This document shows, in pieces, positions 25,001 through 35,998 of a stretch of DNA of 64,000 nt; positions within the stretch are counted from its first letter, which is position 1, and every line of letters starts with the position of its first letter. This DNA is from a virus. Lineage: Duplodnaviria > Caudoviricetes. Location of the stretch: positions 32,001 to 96,000 of IMG/VR virus record IMGVR_UViG_3300032038_000010; one strand, 5' to 3'. The notes beneath the pieces were generated by a model, which had not been told where the DNA came from, searched no databases, and saw only the letters and a list, made by a program, of their open reading frames with translations. Made by a program: the position numbers and the translations under genes.

Positions 25001-28000
25001 GATTGCATTCTTGTTATCGTAAATAGCCTCAACTAAATCCTGGGTATTATTAGAAAAGCCATTATCCGCAAGAGTATCCTAAATTGCTTGTTTTTCTGCC
25101 TCAGTAAGATCTTCATACTGTTTATCAAGGATGTCTTTATTAGCATCAAATACTGCAAGGGCGGCCTGCCCTACAGCATTGCCTTCCCACTTAGTTATAC
25201 CAGCATCATCGGCAATAGTGCGCCCTAAATCTGTAGTATTACTTTCATTTTCTGCTTTGCGGACTCTTACTGTTGCCGCGTATTGTGACATCTTCGCAGC
25301 ATCTAATTGATTTTCTGCTTGCTTCGTTAAAGCATCAATTCCCTCTTGAGTAATATTTAACTGCCCAGTAGCAGAATCTCTTTCAACATACTTAGCCAGT
25401 TCAGGATAAGTATCGAGTAACTGCAATACCTACTCATTACATTGTTTAATTGCATCTCGCCACTCTTGAGTGCCAATGGTAAGATCATCAATAGCATCAG
25501 CAGCCTTCTGATAATTCTCAAGTGAAGATTTTAATTCATCATAAGCTTGCTGCGCTTCTTGAACAGCTTTAGTTTGTTGCTTTTGTTCTTTTTTAGCTTC
25601 TTCTAATGCTCGCGCATCTTCAGTATATTTATCATATAGTAATTTAATAGCGACGCTTAATCCGATAATTGCGGCGGCAGCTATGGCAACTGGTGCAACA
25701 AGAGCTCCTATTGCGCCTCCTAAAGTAGTAATACTGCCTCCTGCGGCGCCCGCACCTTTTGCAACCCAAGGGAGAGTGTTGGCAAAACTAATTAAAGGAC
25801 CAGACGCACTAGATAACCCATTAGAAACTAATTTAATACCTTCGAATAATGACTTACCGCCATTAACAAACATTGGTATAGTCATCGCTAGACTAGTGGA
25901 AATAGATAAAATTTTATCAGATAACTCAATATTATCATCTTTTAGTGTATTAACTATACCTTTAACACCTTGTAATGCAAATAATAATTGAGTAACTCCT
26001 TGAAAAGCTTCAGTAAATCCTTTTGCAAAAGATTGATCTTTTAAAGCAGTCATTAAACGTTGGAAAGCACCTGCTGTCTTATCAACCTCTGGCTGACTAT
26101 TACGCATTTCTACTTCCAATTCTAACAAATCATTAGTGACATTATCAAGTTTAATGCCGCATCTATCTAATAATTTAATTAATTGATTAAAATTAGCTGC
26201 TGCAACATCTGGATCAGTAGCATTTTGTAAATTAGTTTTAAACTTTTCAAAATTAGCTCGATCTACTGTTGACATTGTCTCTAGAACTTTTTGATCAACA
26301 GAATCTAATGATGCTGCAATAGTATGAGCTGATCCTACTATATCTTCTGCTTTACTTGCTTTTTTTATTGAACTACTTAATTTATCATACTATAATTGCA
26401 AATCCGTTAAAGCATCAGTTACCTTTTGTATATTTTCTGGCCCATTTTTAGCCATTTTATATACATCTGATAATGCTCCCTGCCCTGCATTTTTATTAAT
26501 AATAGTACCATTTTTACTATTAGTAGCAAATGCAGACATTCGATCTTTTCCTTTATATACATTATAATAAGCAATAGCATTATCTACAGTCTCTTTCCAT
26601 CCATTAGACAAATTAAGAACTGCCGCTTTTTGCTATATTAAATTATTTAATTCTTCTGCTTGTGCTGTTGACATAACATCTCTATACGCCATAGCACTAT
26701 TTTTCATAGTATATAATACATTAATATTTTCTTTTAAATTAACAAGGTTGCTTTTCTCTAACTCACTAGCGTTACCAGGCAGTCCAGTAGTATTAACTTT
26801 GGACAGCATTTGTAGAAATTCAGCTTCTGCTTTTGCTTTATCTAATTGATTTGTATAAACTCGCAAATTAGATATAGCAGTAACAATGCCTTCAGTAATT
26901 TGCTTACCAAAAACATTTGCCCCTAAAGCACCTAACCCTGCTAATGTACCTTGAGCACCGCCCATGCCATCAATAAATCTAGCTAAAACAGTAGCTGCGT
27001 CTGTTCCTAAATCTACTATTGCTTTTAAATCATCTTCGCTGATAGCCGAATCTTTTACATCATCCATGGCAGCTTGAAGTTGTTTATATTTAGCAGATAA
27101 ACTTTCAAGCTTAATACTATTTTGTTCTTCAATAGTGCCTTGTGCAGTCATAGATGTATTCAATGCCTGAGTATACATATCCCAGTTATCGAATAATGCA
27201 ATTAAGTTATTATATTGACGTTTGCCAGCCATAGCTTCAGCCATAGCAATACGCTGAGCTTTAGTCCAAGTATTCCATTTGGCGGCAACATCATTAATAA
27301 CATCGCCCATATCACGAAGGTTACCAGTTTCATCGAGGATTTGAATACCTGCTGCTTCCATTTGGCCTGAAACATCACCAAGAACAACTCCGTCTTCATC
27401 TGTTCCGCCCATCTTTAAATCGCCCATACGAGCATAAATGGTTTTTAATGCAGTACCAACAGATTCTGGAGCTTGACGAGTTACAGATACAATAGTAGCT
27501 AACTGCGCATTGAGGGAATCAAGAGGCACACCCATCATATTCGCAGTAGCAGCAACTTTTGACATACCTGTTGAAATTTCTTCCAAATCAGATGCAGTAG
27601 TTGCAGCAACAGCAGCTAAACTATCAAAAGCGCCTTCAACTTGATCTACACCAAGCTGATAACCATTCATTACTGCGGTAATTTCTTCTGATACTTGATC
27701 CGCAGCCTGTCCAGTAATATTTGCTACTTTAAGAGTAGTTTCTGCCAATGTTTTTGCTTGGTTTTCATTTAAGCCTTGCTGATAATAAATCAAAGCCGCG
27801 TCTGTATATGCGGTTGTAGTCTGCCCAATCGCTTTCGCAGATCTATTCGCATACTCAGCAAAACTAGCCATATCTTGGGCAGATTTTCCAGTAATAATTC
27901 TAATATCATTTAATGAGGTATCAAGAGCTTTAACATAAGTAAAAGCATTTGATACCTGACTTATAAAAGTGTTAACAATACTAGAAGAAATTGTCCAACG

Positions 28001-28438
28001 AGCACTATTTGCTAATGTTGTTCTAATCTTATCTAATGTAGCACTAGTTTGAATTAATTTTGTATTTGTGCTTAAAGCTGATGCAGTAATATTATTAAAA
28101 GCATTTTGTCCAGTTGCACCTAATTTACTAAAATCTTGCGCAATTTTATTTATCCCAATACGAGACAATTCTTGATTAAATTTACTAATATTAATAGTAC
28201 CTAAATCAGCGTTAAAAGCTTTCATTAAAGCTTTTTCAACTTCATTTGCAGTTGTTTTAATTTTCTTTAATTCACTCGCTGCATCGGTCCCAAGCTTAAA
28301 TTCAACATTTTTACTACTTAAAGATTGAATTTCAGATAAAGACTTTTTAAGCTTATCTAAATTAGAATTATCAATTTTAAAATCAACACCAAAAGTGATG
28401 TTACCACCACTCATTCCGCCACTTCCATATTTTGGCAT
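19016..28438 (-). CDS. Tape measure protein, ~3140 aa (about 19 TAG)
   Basis: Twelve ORF-track fragments share one frame. N-terminal TP901-type TMP domain (APESVGTALKTIYARM), helical repeats, C-terminal FATGGYTG...AMLHQKELILN. Confidence 0.92.
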
Positions 28439-28512
28439 AATGTTGACCTCCTTTTCTCTCTTATATAATTAATATATTAACATTTATACTCACCTCTTTC
28501 TGAGTATAAAAA

Positions 28513-28552
28513 AATCACCCTTTACTATCTGTATTTGATAGAAAGGGTGATT
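28513..28552 (-). terminator. Hairpin plus T-run upstream of the tape measure gene
   Basis: AATCACCCTTT...AAAGGGTGATT stem, followed by T7 on the minus strand. Confidence 0.55.
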
Positions 28553-28580
28553 AATTTAATTTGTTTTGGCCTTACTTATA

Positions 28581-29147
28581 TTAATTTGCGGCGGCCGCCT
28601 TGGTGACATTATTCATGCCAGTCGCATCTGCAACATGAGCGAGCTCCCGCACTTGAGCAAACTGATCTGGACTAATATTATTTACAATATCAGCGGCCGC
28701 CTGTGCGTTCTTAGGAAGGTCAGTAATAACTCTCTGAAGAACTGCACCCGCAGTGTTACGATATGTAAGAATATCAGCCTTAGTCTGATTAAGATAATCA
28801 ACCAAATGCTTGTATTCATCTTGATCCATATTCGCAATAACTTGATCAATCACACCTGCGCATTGAAGCTGGTCATAAAGTTTATAAGGATCTGACTTTT
28901 GATTATCAGTAAATGAAATATTTGAATAAAGATAAACAATATTCAGATTGAAAAATACGTCTAATTTAATATCGTTATAGACGCCATCTTCTTCAGCCTC
29001 TTGAAGTGCTACTTGAACAAGATCAATCTTATCTTCAACTGGAAGATATTTAAGCACTTCTACTGTGTTACCTTCAAAATCAAATGTATTTACTGAAGTA
29101 TCAATTTTACAAGCAGACTTAATTCTTGTATATGCGATTTTTGCCAT
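28581..29147 (-). CDS. Probable tail assembly chaperone, ~188 aa
   Basis: ORF track; likely ATG at 29147 after AAAGGAG. Sits directly before the TMP gene. Confidence 0.6.
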   Translation of the reverse strand: MAKIAYTRIKSACKIDTSVNTFDFEGNTVEVLKYLPVEDKIDLVQVALQEAEEDGVYNDIKLDVFFNLNIVYLYSNISFTDNQKSDPYKLYDQLQCAGVIDQVIANMDQDEYKHLVDYLNQTKADILTYRNTAGAVLQRVITDLPKNAQAAADIVNNISPDQFAQVRELAHVADATGMNNVTKAAAAN

Positions 29148-29184
29148 AATAAAATCTCCTTTTAACTCCAATTTCTATATTTAT

Positions 29185-29213
29185 ATTATACTAAAGTTTT
29201 TCACTTTTGTCAA
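29185..29213 (-). promoter_or_regulatory. sigmaA-type promoter
   Basis: TTGACA-17 nt-TATAAT on the minus strand. Confidence 0.75.
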
Positions 29214-30301
29214 CCTCTTAAATAAACAGGAACTTCCAATTCACCTTTTATCTTTTCTATTCCTGCGTTTTTAAGAGCTTCCTCTACAGAATCTCCTACT
29301 CCTTTAAAATTACGAGTAGCAGCAACTTCATGAAGCTTCTGCTTTAAAGCTTGAACTTTATTTTCATCAAAATCTATATCCATAACCATCCTAGCTAATT
29401 CTTCAACTTGATTAATACTAAGAGCAGAAGCCTTACCTGATTTAATAGCATACTCCATATTAGTTTCTACAACAGAAATATCACCTTTTAATAAACCAGA
29501 CTCATTATCAACATTAGCAACCTCTCCCATATATATATCAATATTGCCTTCCATGTCCTTATCAAAAGGCTCTTCAGGGCGCAAAAACACCCAAGCAGAA
29601 TAAGCCTCATTAATATCACCTTCTGCTGATACTGACATTACTGCCCATTTAGGCGGTGCGCTAGGATTAATCCACATAACCAATCTTGGTCTTGCTTTTG
29701 AATAATTAAAACGAGCAATAACTTCTTTATAAGTCGCATTTAATCCTGCTGTATTTGCTCTAAATTTTTCTAAATCTAATCGTTTACCAGCTGCTTCAAA
29801 TTGTTTAGCTTGTTTGCCTGTCATTGAAAGACGAGCAACTAACTTTTGACTACTAGATTCATCAAAAGACATAATATCTGTCTCTTCAAGTTCAAATAAT
29901 ATAGGATCTCCTTTCCCTTTCCGATAAACATATATCATTTGAGAATGTTGTCCTATATATTCATTAATTAATTTTTGAAAACTAAAAGTAGCAGTATATA
30001 CTTCTCTTGGAATAGCACCTTTTAAAAATAAATTATTTCGTTCTTTATTTTTCTTATATTCTTCTACTAATTCTGGCGTTTGCGGGTCTGTATGTCTGAT
30101 TGCTTTCTGTCTTTGAGCAATAGATTCAAACATATTAATTTCTTGTTTATCTTTTGTAATAATATCAAGATAATTGCGTGCAGCTACTCTTAATTCATCT
30201 AATCTAGGTTTTCGCGACTCTCTAATAACTTGATCTGTTATATCTACTATAACTTGTGCAGTTTGTGAAATAACAGCTTCATTTATATTAATTTCTGCCA
30301 T
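29210..30301 (-). CDS. Hypothetical protein, 363 aa
   Basis: ORF track; TAG-free; no motif I can confidently name. Confidence 0.8.
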   Translation of the reverse strand: MAEININEAVISQTAQVIVDITDQVIRESRKPRLDELRVAARNYLDIITKDKQEINMFESIAQRQKAIRHTDPQTPELVEEYKKNKERNNLFLKGAIPREVYTATFSFQKLINEYIGQHSQMIYVYRKGKGDPILFELEETDIMSFDESSSQKLVARLSMTGKQAKQFEAAGKRLDLEKFRANTAGLNATYKEVIARFNYSKARPRLVMWINPSAPPKWAVMSVSAEGDINEAYSAWVFLRPEEPFDKDMEGNIDIYMGEVANVDNESGLLKGDISVVETNMEYAIKSGKASALSINQVEELARMVMDIDFDENKVQALKQKLHEVAATRNFKGVGDSVEEALKNAGIEKIKGELEVPVYLRG

Positions 30302-30379
30302 TTATGCCACACCTCATTCCTTGGCGGCGACCTAGTCTCACCGATCGGTTTAACGGGCTCCCGCATATATTAAAAAAAA

Positions 30380-30407
30380 ATAGGGGGTGGCTTTCGCCAC
30401 CCCCTAT
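30380..30407 (-). terminator. Rho-independent terminator after the tail tube gene
   Basis: 12-bp stem ATAGGGGGTGGC-GAAA-GCCACCCCCTAT followed by a long T-run on the minus strand. Confidence 0.9.
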
Positions 30408-30459
30408 GTATAAATTAATTCCTTATCAAGGTTTTTCTTCTGTATCGCCAGTACCGCCG

Positions 30460-32623
30460 TCAAGGAGTACTAGGGCCTGTCGTGCTACCGCCATCATTAG
30501 CTGTTGTAGAGTCGTTAGGGAAAATATCCTCGTGCTCTTTAGCATCAGTATGAGGCATTACAGGCTTGCTAGCGCTGGCCTGCTTAGAAGCATTAGCGAT
30601 CTGAAGTACGCAAAGAACCTTCTTAGTCTTATCGAAATAAGTGTATCCAGGGAAAGCATCCATCGTGAAGGTGAATGTAGAAGGATCACCAGTTCCTGCC
30701 ATAGTAATTGTAAAGTTAGACTGAATCTTAACATTAGGGAATGTAAGGTTAGCAGGAAGATCCTTACCAGTTGCCTGCTCCCTGAAAAGAGTATCAGCTT
30801 CAACGTAGTAATATCCAGCAAAAGTATCAGGCGTAATATCAGCTTCATATACGCTCTTGCCTGGGAGATCAATGTAATAATCTACCATTACATTCTTGTT
30901 AGCAGCAGATGCAATCGTAATAGTCTTGTCAGCAACAGTAGCTTCCTTAAATACTTCTCCAGTAAGAGAACCATCATCTTCAACACCCATTACGAAAACA
31001 GGAGCGTCCTTAGAGCAAACTGCTGCTTCACCAAAATCAGCAATGGCATCTGTAAGATCAATAACACCGCTAGCATTAGCAGATGCCATAGTTGTCATAT
31101 GGAAGTGAACCTTATCTTCGCCGCCTTCTGCACTCTTAAATAATCCAGCACCAGAAAGAATACTGAAACCGATCGGGCTAAGAAGAGCATCTTCAACAGT
31201 AAAAGTACATTTTTAAAAATATATATTATCTCTAATATAATTAGACTATATCTTTGTATATAAATACAATCCCCACAGTCTCTCTATGAGAGCACTTAGT
31301 CGTTGAAATTTTTAATTATAATCTGCCAGAAATCTGAAGTGGTCAAAAACTTTTCTAATTCATTAAAAAATTGATATGGAATAACTAAAAATGGAATCTT
31401 ATTTTCTTCACAAAATTTTCGTTTAATATAATCATGTTTTTGCTGAAATACTAAACGTTCTTCAGTTCTCCATCCAGTACCAGTAGCAGAATAATGTTGC
31501 GCTCCGTTATTTTCAATTAATCCAATTAATTCTCCTTCGTTATTAAATAAAGCAAAATCAAAAGGTAACGGTCTTTTGTCACAACAATCTTCAAATTTAC
31601 ACTCTCGCTTAAATGGAATATTATATTTTGTTAAAATCTTGTCCATTAATTCATTGGCTTTAGAATTAATACAACCGCAAGAAACTGTATTGCCATTAAA
31701 TAAATTTTTACCTAATACAGTAACAATATTTCCACAGTCACATTGACATTTATAATAATAACTATTATTTTTTAATTCATAGTCAATGATTGTTAATTTT
31801 CCATATTTTTCTCCAATATGCGATTTTGCGTTTTGCTCATTCTTTTCTTTATTATGTTTGTCTTTCAAACAACCACAGCTTTTTGAAGAACCATTTTTTA
31901 AACTAGAACCAAAAACACTCTTTATCTTACCGCAAGAACATTTACAAATATAATATCTTGGCTTGCTAGGATCTTTTTTCAACACTGTCCATTCTCCGAA
32001 CTGTTGTCCTACTAAAGTATTTTTACATTCTGGAGAACACGCTGTTGAAGTTCCATTAATTAGAGATGTTCCTCGTACTGGTCTAATAGTACCGCACACA
32101 TCACATTTACAAAGAAAATATTTTATTCTGTGTTCATTAGTATGGTCAAATTTTAAAACTTCCCAATGACCAAACTTCATTCCTGGTTTAATCTCACTTG
32201 GAGTCATAATATTCTCAGTCTCCTTTTTCAAGTGCTAAATAATTAACTTATCTGCGGATTGTCCAATCTTTAAACTTTTTACTATACCTTAATGATTAGT
32301 TAAGCCCTCATTCGTATCACTACAATGAGTTAGTATTTAAAGCTCTAAGGAGTTTCCCGCAATTCAAGGATTTTATAGACCCCTACTTATACAAAACTGT
32401 ATCGGAGGATGCTAAGGGTCTTGTCACCTTCCCACGCGATCAAACGTGAGTTGCCTCTACCACCCTGGGCATATACTGACGTCGCAGCCTGCTCAAGTGT
32501 GGAGGTTGTAGCTGTATCGATATATAATACAGGCTGACCGATATGGAAGGTTTCAGTTCCAATCTTAGTCTCCTGCTTTGCACGGAAGACTAGGTTCGCA
32601 CATTCGCGGATTCCGAACTTCAT
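30460..32623 (-). CDS. Major tail (tube) protein, spliced: exon 1 32415-32623, exon 2 30460-31207, 318 aa
   Basis: Joining gives ...LIAWEGDKTL|TFTVEDALLSP... in frame (957 nt). Highly expressed codon usage; position between neck genes and TMP. Confidence 0.85.
31208..32414 (-). mobile_element. Group I intron in the tail tube gene
   Basis: 5' exon ends in U and the intron ends in G. Core elements present in order: P (AATTGCGGGAA), Q (AATCCGCAG), R (CAACGACTA), S (AAGATATAGTC). Confidence 0.88.
31296..32231 (-). CDS. Intron-encoded homing endonuclease: three CxCxCG...SCGC repeats plus a Vsr/EDxHD-like nuclease domain, 311 aa
   Basis: ORF track; LPFDFA...LIENNGAQHY...HDYIKRKFC...LVIPY. The stop overlaps the intron R element. 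Confidence 0.75.
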   Translation of the reverse strand: MKKETENIMTPSEIKPGMKFGHWEVLKFDHTNEHRIKYFLCKCDVCGTIRPVRGTSLINGTSTACSPECKNTLVGQQFGEWTVLKKDPSKPRYYICKCSCGKIKSVFGSSLKNGSSKSCGCLKDKHNKEKNEQNAKSHIGEKYGKLTIIDYELKNNSYYYKCQCDCGNIVTVLGKNLFNGNTVSCGCINSKANELMDKILTKYNIPFKRECKFEDCCDKRPLPFDFALFNNEGELIGLIENNGAQHYSATGTGWRTEERLVFQQKHDYIKRKFCEENKIPFLVIPYQFFNELEKFLTTSDFWQIIIKNFND

Positions 32624-32655
32624 ATATTTATCCTCCTAAATTATGAATCATCTGA

Positions 32656-33393
32656 CTAATTTAAATCAGACATCCAATTTTTAACTTCTTTTAAATCTTG
32701 TGCTCCAGCCATTTTAGCTTGAATATAAATATCAGAAGCCTGTTTCAAGTTAAAACGCTCGAACTCATCAAATAATTGATAAACACTATAATTTGCAAGA
32801 GAGTTCAAATCTTTATTCTCTCCTACTGCTAAAATTGAAATGTATCTGCTAATGATTGTTACCTTTTGCCCATTATTTTTTATTTCACGCAATTTCTGAT
32901 GCCGCTTACGAAACTTTTCAGCTAGCTTCTAGGCGGCCGCATTTGCCGGATCATACTATTCTGTGGCAGATTGACCAAATATACGGTCAAGGCAGAACAT
33001 TTCTTTTATTAGTTGTTGAAATTCATTATAATTATTAGCATCTATCGAAAATACTTCTTTATCATGTATTAACGCAATAGCTTGTGGAAGTATTTGTATA
33101 GTATAGTCAGGAAATAATAGTGCAAGGACCATTTTCATACAATTAACATTTTGTTGTGATTGAGGGTTCTTGTCCCTAACTATCGTCATTAATATATCAA
33201 AATTTGAAGCGTTTTCTAAACCACTTTTGTCCTCGTCAATTAATCTATCTTTTGTAAAAGTTAGAACTTGACAACCTGTAAAAAAATACTCTTCTCCTAT
33301 ATATCCAATTTCCTTAACTGATGGTTGATGTAAAGTAACTCTCCCTTGCGGAAAAGGCACATCATTATGGGCAAGCAAACCTAACTCATTCAT
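32656..33393 (-). CDS. Hypothetical neck/tail-assembly protein, 245 aa (2 TAG)
   Basis: ORFs 32956-33393 and 32656-32892 join in frame through TAGs. Confidence 0.75.
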
Positions 33394-34010
33394 TTATTTA
33401 ATTGTTCCTTATCCTCAGAAAAATGGACTCCTCTATAGGAAAGAGTATACATTGATATATCTTGATTTAAAACAGCTTCATTACATCCGAGTAGTTTATA
33501 TTCTCCTACTCCAGATAATTTGATATTTTGATTAGATTTATATAATTGTTTATTTTTATTTGAGATACTATTTAATATGCCATCTATATACCCACAAATT
33601 TGAAGCGGGCGTACCTTATAATCATCAAGACACCAAGCATCCATATAACAAATTATATCGAAGTTAATAGTGTAGTCCAAAAACTCTGGATTTGCAGATG
33701 GGGCAAAATTATCAAAAGAAAGAAGCATATATGCTTTAATAGCTTCATGCTCCCCTCTTTCAATCTTTGGATTTAATCTAATATATCCATCTTTAATCAT
33801 CTTACCAAGAGAATAATCATCAATTAATTCTTTATAATCTTCATTCTCTTCATCTAAGCAGTCTGGATTATGCACAAGCAATAGACGCTTTAATTTATCA
33901 CTATATGGTTTAGTTTCAATAAACAATAACTTCAAAATTTGTTCGGTGTCAGTGCTACAAGAGAGAAAAGATGAAAATAATGGCTTAACAGTAGTTAAAT
34001 CCTTTCTCAT
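33390..34010 (-). CDS. Putative tail terminator/neck protein, 206 aa
   Basis: ORF track; assigned from position in the head-tail module. Confidence 0.55.
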   Translation of the reverse strand: MRKDLTTVKPLFSSFLSCSTDTEQILKLLFIETKPYSDKLKRLLLVHNPDCLDEENEDYKELIDDYSLGKMIKDGYIRLNPKIERGEHEAIKAYMLLSFDNFAPSANPEFLDYTINFDIICYMDAWCLDDYKVRPLQICGYIDGILNSISNKNKQLYKSNQNIKLSGVGEYKLLGCNEAVLNQDISMYTLSYRGVHFSEDKEQLNK

Positions 34011-34030
34011 AATTAGCTCCTTTTATCTCC

Positions 34031-35080
34031 TTAAACAGTAACAATAGAAACATGAATTGAATTGTCACCATTTATAATGTCAAAACCTTTACGATAAGTC
34101 TTTGTATAAATTACTTCAAGATTTAAATTATTTCCATCAATAGTATAAGAAACTAATTCATCAATAGGAACAGAACCACCTGACTTTAAAGTCCATGCGG
34201 CGGCCGGCGCTCCGACTACACTATAGGTCGCAGTGTCATACGGCGCGAGTGTATCTGGCCCTTCGAGACGAATCTCAGGGGCGGCCGCTTCTTCTTCATC
34301 CTTTTGCTTAATAACATCATCAGTATTAGTATAAGTTTCTTTTAATGCAACTCTAATAATACCAGTTTCTTTATTACTTGAACTAGCTCCATAATTATCA
34401 TTATATGCCTGGACTTCCCAAGGCTTACCATTAACATACACTCTATCAAATCTCTTGAAGAATTGAGTAGTAGTTGCGTCTTTTGTAATATAAAGGAGTT
34501 TAGTATAATTCATATTATTCCAAACTACACCCTTCTTTACATTCCAAAGAATTGATTTTTCATCTGGTCCTGTCGTCCATCCAAAATACTTATGTTCATT
34601 TCCATCGGCATCTACAATAGTAATCTCTTCATCTGCTTGCCGAATCTCTCCTCTAAAATAAGCAGTTTCTTCTGAATATTGCATATATACAATCCAATGT
34701 GTATCTGGAACCCACTCTTCTTTATTACCATGAATCCAAGTAAAAACAGTTCCATTATGAAAATCAGTTTCTAATAAATCTTGATTATCTTTTACTGGAT
34801 CAATACTTACACTATTCTCCTTGAATGGAATAGAAATAATTTTATCTTCATAATCAACTTTTAACTTATCATGATTAATTAAACACCTAAAATAACTGTT
34901 AGTCTGCGCATCTATAGGCTCAGCTGCGTTATACTTTTGAACGACCGCCGCTTGATAACTATAATATAATGGTTTCTTCATACTACGTAATTTATCTTCT
35001 CTCATACGAGTAAATTGATCGGACGAAACATCATCTCCATAGTAACCTATGCGCTTCTTCATTAAATCAAGACTATTCAT
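34031..35080 (-). CDS. Putative head closure protein, ~349 aa
   Basis: ORF track; likely ATG at 35080; position in the neck module. Confidence 0.55.
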   Translation of the reverse strand: MNSLDLMKKRIGYYGDDVSSDQFTRMREDKLRSMKKPLYYSYQAAVVQKYNAAEPIDAQTNSYFRCLINHDKLKVDYEDKIISIPFKENSVSIDPVKDNQDLLETDFHNGTVFTWIHGNKEEWVPDTHWIVYMQYSEETAYFRGEIRQADEEITIVDADGNEHKYFGWTTGPDEKSILWNVKKGVVWNNMNYTKLLYITKDATTTQFFKRFDRVYVNGKPWEVQAYNDNYGASSSNKETGIIRVALKETYTNTDDVIKQKDEEEAAAPEIRLEGPDTLAPYDTATYSVVGAPAAAWTLKSGGSVPIDELVSYTIDGNNLNLEVIYTKTYRKGFDIINGDNSIHVSIVTV

Positions 35081-35393
35081 TTTTAACACATTCTTCCAAT
35101 GAGCTTAACAATGAAAGACACTCAAAGATTGTTCTCCGATAATTCATAAAATCTTCTTTTTCTGTCAAAGTAAACAATCCTTCAAGCTTGCTCAAAAGAG
35201 AAAAGAAAAGAGGTTGTTGTCCGACAAACAACCTCTGTATTCCAGACAATTCTTCCATTAATGTATTTAATGGCTTCGTCCAATCTGTGCCTTCTTCTCT
35301 CATAGGAAGTAATTTATATGTTTGATTAACAAGTCTTTTAAAACTATTTTCAATAGCAGAATCGTCTATATCTATATTATACTTAATAATCAT
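35073..35393 (-). CDS. Hypothetical protein, 106 aa
   Basis: ORF track; AAAGGAG RBS; overlapping start and stop with neighbours. Confidence 0.75.
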   Translation of the reverse strand: MIIKYNIDIDDSAIENSFKRLVNQTYKLLPMREEGTDWTKPLNTLMEELSGIQRLFVGQQPLFFSLLSKLEGLFTLTEKEDFMNYRRTIFECLSLLSSLEECVKNE

Positions 35394-35980
35394 TGGGGCG
35401 CATCTCCTTTCGTGGTTAGCATAACCGCAGGAGTCTACATAATCTTTCCAAATGTAGAATGATACACTCCATTAACATCTTTTATTCTGCGTTTATACAA
35501 TCTCTGTAAATGAAACCCTTCTCGTTCATAATCCTTTTTAAGCTGGAGTAGTTTCTGCATGTGGTTGGCCTGAGATGTAAATTTAAAGTCAGCTCCAGAA
35601 TACTTCATACGCACATTTTCAACAGAAGCAAGCTGTTGCCCAATCCAATTGACAATCATATATACAGCTAAAATGTTCTCTTCCTCTTCGGTAAGTTTAT
35701 GAGTAAAATAATACTCTATTTTAGGGGTATCCTCTTTCGGCTACTCTTCTTTAGTTGTATCATCTGCTGTTTTAGTTGTATCGTCTTCTGACTGTTTTTC
35801 TTCCTTGATATAATCTAAAGGGACACGAGGAAATTCAAATTTTTGAATTGCTACTCGCAATAGCTCAAACAACATTGCTTTAGTTTCATCCTCAGTCAAC
35901 TACATATACATATCGTCTGTAATCTGGTTTAAAAATAAATCATAAACTTGAGTAAAGGGCGTATAATCTTCATTCCCCAT
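35390..35980 (-). CDS. Putative head-tail adaptor, 196 aa (3 TAG)
   Basis: ATG at 35980 (MGNEDYTPFTQVYDLFLNQITDDMYM*LT...FKFTSQANHM...). Reads to TGA at 35390 with an ATGA overlap. Confidence 0.7.
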
Positions 35981-35998
35981 ATTACACCCCTGTTCTTA

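Noticed and set aside
1-28438. Fragmented ORFs read as pseudogenes of a decayed prophage
   Set aside because: Interruptions are only TAG, frames stay continuous over kilobases, and genes end in TAA/TGA with proper RBS and overlaps. This indicates recoding, not decay.
30304-31143. 279-aa plus-strand ORF
   Set aside because: It is the antisense shadow of the tail tube exon 2, runs through a terminator, and has no RBS or recognisable motif.
31296-32231. HNH label for the Cys-rich endonucleases
   Set aside because: No HNH motif is seen; the C-terminal domain has Vsr/EDxHD-like FDF...E..G.QH motifs.
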